Shown here one piece after another: positions 62,654 through 64,000 of a stretch of DNA of 64,000 bases. The DNA comes from a virus. Its lineage: Duplodnaviria > Caudoviricetes. The translations under genes were made by a program, and so were the position numbers. Below the pieces are notes generated by a model, which was not told the DNA's origin, ran no database searches, and saw only the letters and a list, made by a program, of their open reading frames with translations. Numbering within the stretch: the first letter of the stretch is position 1; every line of letters begins with the position of its first letter. The stretch is taken from positions 10,991 through 74,990 of IMG/VR virus record IMGVR_UViG_3300027914_001438. One strand, 5' to 3'.

Positions 62654-62701
62654 GATTCACCTTTCTGTTTTTGAGCCGGAAACTCACCCCCAGCGTTCTG
62701 C
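62575..62701 (+). other. attC-like site J (127 bp)
   Basis: ATCGAAC-CATGC-GCTGGAGT...ACTCACC-CCCAGC-GTTCTGC; R'' complements R' of I. Confidence 0.85.
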
Positions 62702-63021
62702 GCCTTGCGCCACGCGGACAGTTTTTCGTCAATGCAGCCCCGGCAAACGCATCGCGGGGACGGTTGATGCAGCGGACCGGTGTAGTAGCACCGCATCCCT
62801 TGAATGTGGTCAATCAACTCGGCGACTGTTGGCGCAGATTTCATGTTGGGTGTTTTTTCATTGCGCTTTGCCCGCGCCACCCGGTAGCGTAATTTGTGTT
62901 CTCCGCTCTTTCCCTCAGCCTCGGCGTCGTCGAAGTCTACGATTGCTACTTCAACCCCGGCGCTGGCGTAAGCGATTTCGGCCACTCCACCTGATACGCT
63001 GATAATTACTTGCTTCATCAT
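62650..63021 (-). CDS. Hypothetical protein (123 aa), possible two-part fusion
   Basis: N-half VIISVSGGVAE...IVDFD; C-half Cys-containing; stops inside attC J. Confidence 0.6.
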   Translation of the reverse strand: MMKQVIISVSGGVAEIAYASAGVEVAIVDFDDAEAEGKSGEHKLRYRVARAKRNEKTPNMKSAPTVAELIDHIQGMRCYYTGPLHQPSPRCVCRGCIDEKLSAWRKAQNAGGEFPAQKQKGES

Positions 63022-63103
63022 TGTTTTCCTTTTTATTCTCCCCTGGTTTCTTGGAAGTTTAGGTGCTTTGAAATTGGTGCGGGGCCTTTCACCCCGCTGG
63101 TTT

Positions 63104-63532
63104 TCAGGAAATAGCTTCCTCTACTCTGTCAGCCCACACGCCGCCTCCAGCTTCACGAAACTCTTTCAGAGTCATCGTGACGTCGGGCTTCAAGCCCCGT
63201 TCAGCCAGCCATGCATCACATCCGGTTTTGCATGCTCGGGTTAGCTTGCGAAACAGGCGGACGGTGAAACGATAGTTGGCTTTGCGGTATTTCTTTTTCT
63301 CATTTTCGGTGATTGGTTCCGTCTCGCCGCGCTTTTCGCGCGCGGCTTCGACGGCTTCCTCAACAGTGCTTCCGTGACCGCAGGCGGGGGTTCCAAGAAG
63401 TTCTGCGAAGAACGTCTTGGTTTTTCCGGCTTTGTTATAGAGCACTTCGATTACTGCATCACCCGCGAGAAAGACTTCTCCGCGGGTGTAGAGCAGCAAC
63501 CCGTCTCGATATGCTGGAATTAGGTTTTTCAT
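63104..63532 (-). CDS. Hypothetical protein
   Basis: HGSTVEEAV and LTRACKTGC motifs seen in phage early proteins. Confidence 0.6.
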   Translation of the reverse strand: MKNLIPAYRDGLLLYTRGEVFLAGDAVIEVLYNKAGKTKTFFAELLGTPACGHGSTVEEAVEAAREKRGETEPITENEKKKYRKANYRFTVRLFRKLTRACKTGCDAWLAERGLKPDVTMTLKEFREAGGGVWADRVEEAIS

Positions 63533-63536
63533 GAGT

Positions 63537-63953
63537 TTAGACCCTGTGAGCGCGGGCAATTACGCTGTCATAAGCGGCGTCTGTCATGAAGGCGATCTCC
63601 AGCCCCTGCGGGTTGTTGATCACGACTCCGGGCAGGATTGCGCCGATGTGCTGCTCGCCTTCCTTGAGGCCGTTGGCTGCCACGTCAGATATGCTGCCCG
63701 ATGGATCTCGGGTAAATATGCGCCAGAGACGCGCTGCGTCTTTGAGCTGGATGGTGTTCTGCCCGTCGTAGGCTTCCACGATTCCCGCGTGCACGCCGGC
63801 CACGTTTGCCCGGACAATAACTTTCTTCCCGATGATGTTGATCAGGGACTTCTTCGTTGCTTTCTTCGTTGCTTTCTTCGTTGCTTTCTTCGTTGCTTTC
63901 TTCATTTTGTTGTCCTTCTGTGTTGTTGCGTTTGTTTTTAAACGTTTGTTCAT
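63537..63953 (-). CDS. KKAT-repeat leader fused to DUF6948-like domain
   Basis: (KKAT)x4 then GKKVIVRANVAGVHAG...LKDAARLW; alternative start at 63905. Confidence 0.65.
   Translation of the reverse strand: MNKRLKTNATTQKDNKMKKATKKATKKATKKATKKSLINIIGKKVIVRANVAGVHAGIVEAYDGQNTIQLKDAARLWRIFTRDPSGSISDVAANGLKEGEQHIGAILPGVVINNPQGLEIAFMTDAAYDSVIARAHRV
63850..63897 (-). repeat. Four perfect 12-bp tandem units encoding KKAT
   Basis: TTCTTCGTTGCT x4. Confidence 0.95.
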
Positions 63954-64000
63954 TCCAAAACTCCTTTCCCGTTACCGGAGCCGGAGCCGTCGCCCCAGCC
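63950..64000 (-). CDS. 3' end of a Gly/Ser/Asp-repeat protein (partial)
   Basis: GWGDGSGSGNGKGVLE*; ATGA overlap with the next gene. Confidence 0.5.
   Translation of the reverse strand, partial: GWGDGSGSGNGKGVLE

Larger units (their letters stand above)
59882..62701 (+). mobile_element. Array of integron attC-like sites with inverted micro-cassettes (CALIN-like), no integrase in window
   Basis: Nine sites with R''(..AAC)-5 nt-L''(8 nt, one extrahelical base)-VTS-L'(7 nt)-6 nt-R'(GTT..) geometry (site C has a 5-nt second spacer), plus one degenerate site. R' of each site matches R'' of the next. Confidence 0.85.

Noticed and set aside
59882-62701. CRISPR array or REP/terminator repeats as an explanation of the hairpins
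   Set aside because: The units are not identical direct repeats and have no U tracts. They show attC-specific spacer lengths, extrahelical bases and neighbour R-box complementarity.
1-64000. tRNA genes, diversity-generating retroelement, alternative genetic code
   Set aside because: GTTCGA-like matches fall inside CDSs, no reverse transcriptase was seen, and long ORFs are intact under the standard code.

Overview
This window is most of a tailed dsDNA phage genome (probably podovirus-like), with no tRNAs or CRISPR array recognised. The + strand (1-38.0 kb) is the virion module: portal C-terminus, scaffold, major capsid, a papain-like peptidase, tail proteins, probable ejection proteins, and a 5,844-aa giant protein. 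The giant protein carries two-barrel RNA polymerase motifs (DGQG...K...K...RIP...GSDVDAD) plus a PD-(D/E)xK nuclease domain, so it is a candidate virion RNA polymerase polyprotein. Three free-standing homing endonucleases are interspersed. The - strand (38.0-64 kb) holds replication and early genes: DHH and calcineurin-like phosphoesterases, RuvC-like resolvase, primase-helicase, family A DNA polymerase, SSB-like protein, Cas4-like nuclease, SF2 helicase, RIIA/RIIB and many small ORFs. The most striking feature is at 59.9-62.7 kb: an array of nine well-formed and at least one degenerate integron attC-like sites. Eight links between consecutive sites show perfect 7/7 R'(n)/R''(n+1) complementarity, the footprint of cassette excision and integration. 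The tiny cassette genes lie inverted relative to attC, read through the R' box as an in-frame Asn, and often take their stop, SD and start codons from inside the attC hairpins. No integrase is encoded in the window. All protein-family calls come from motifs recognised by eye; no database searches were run.
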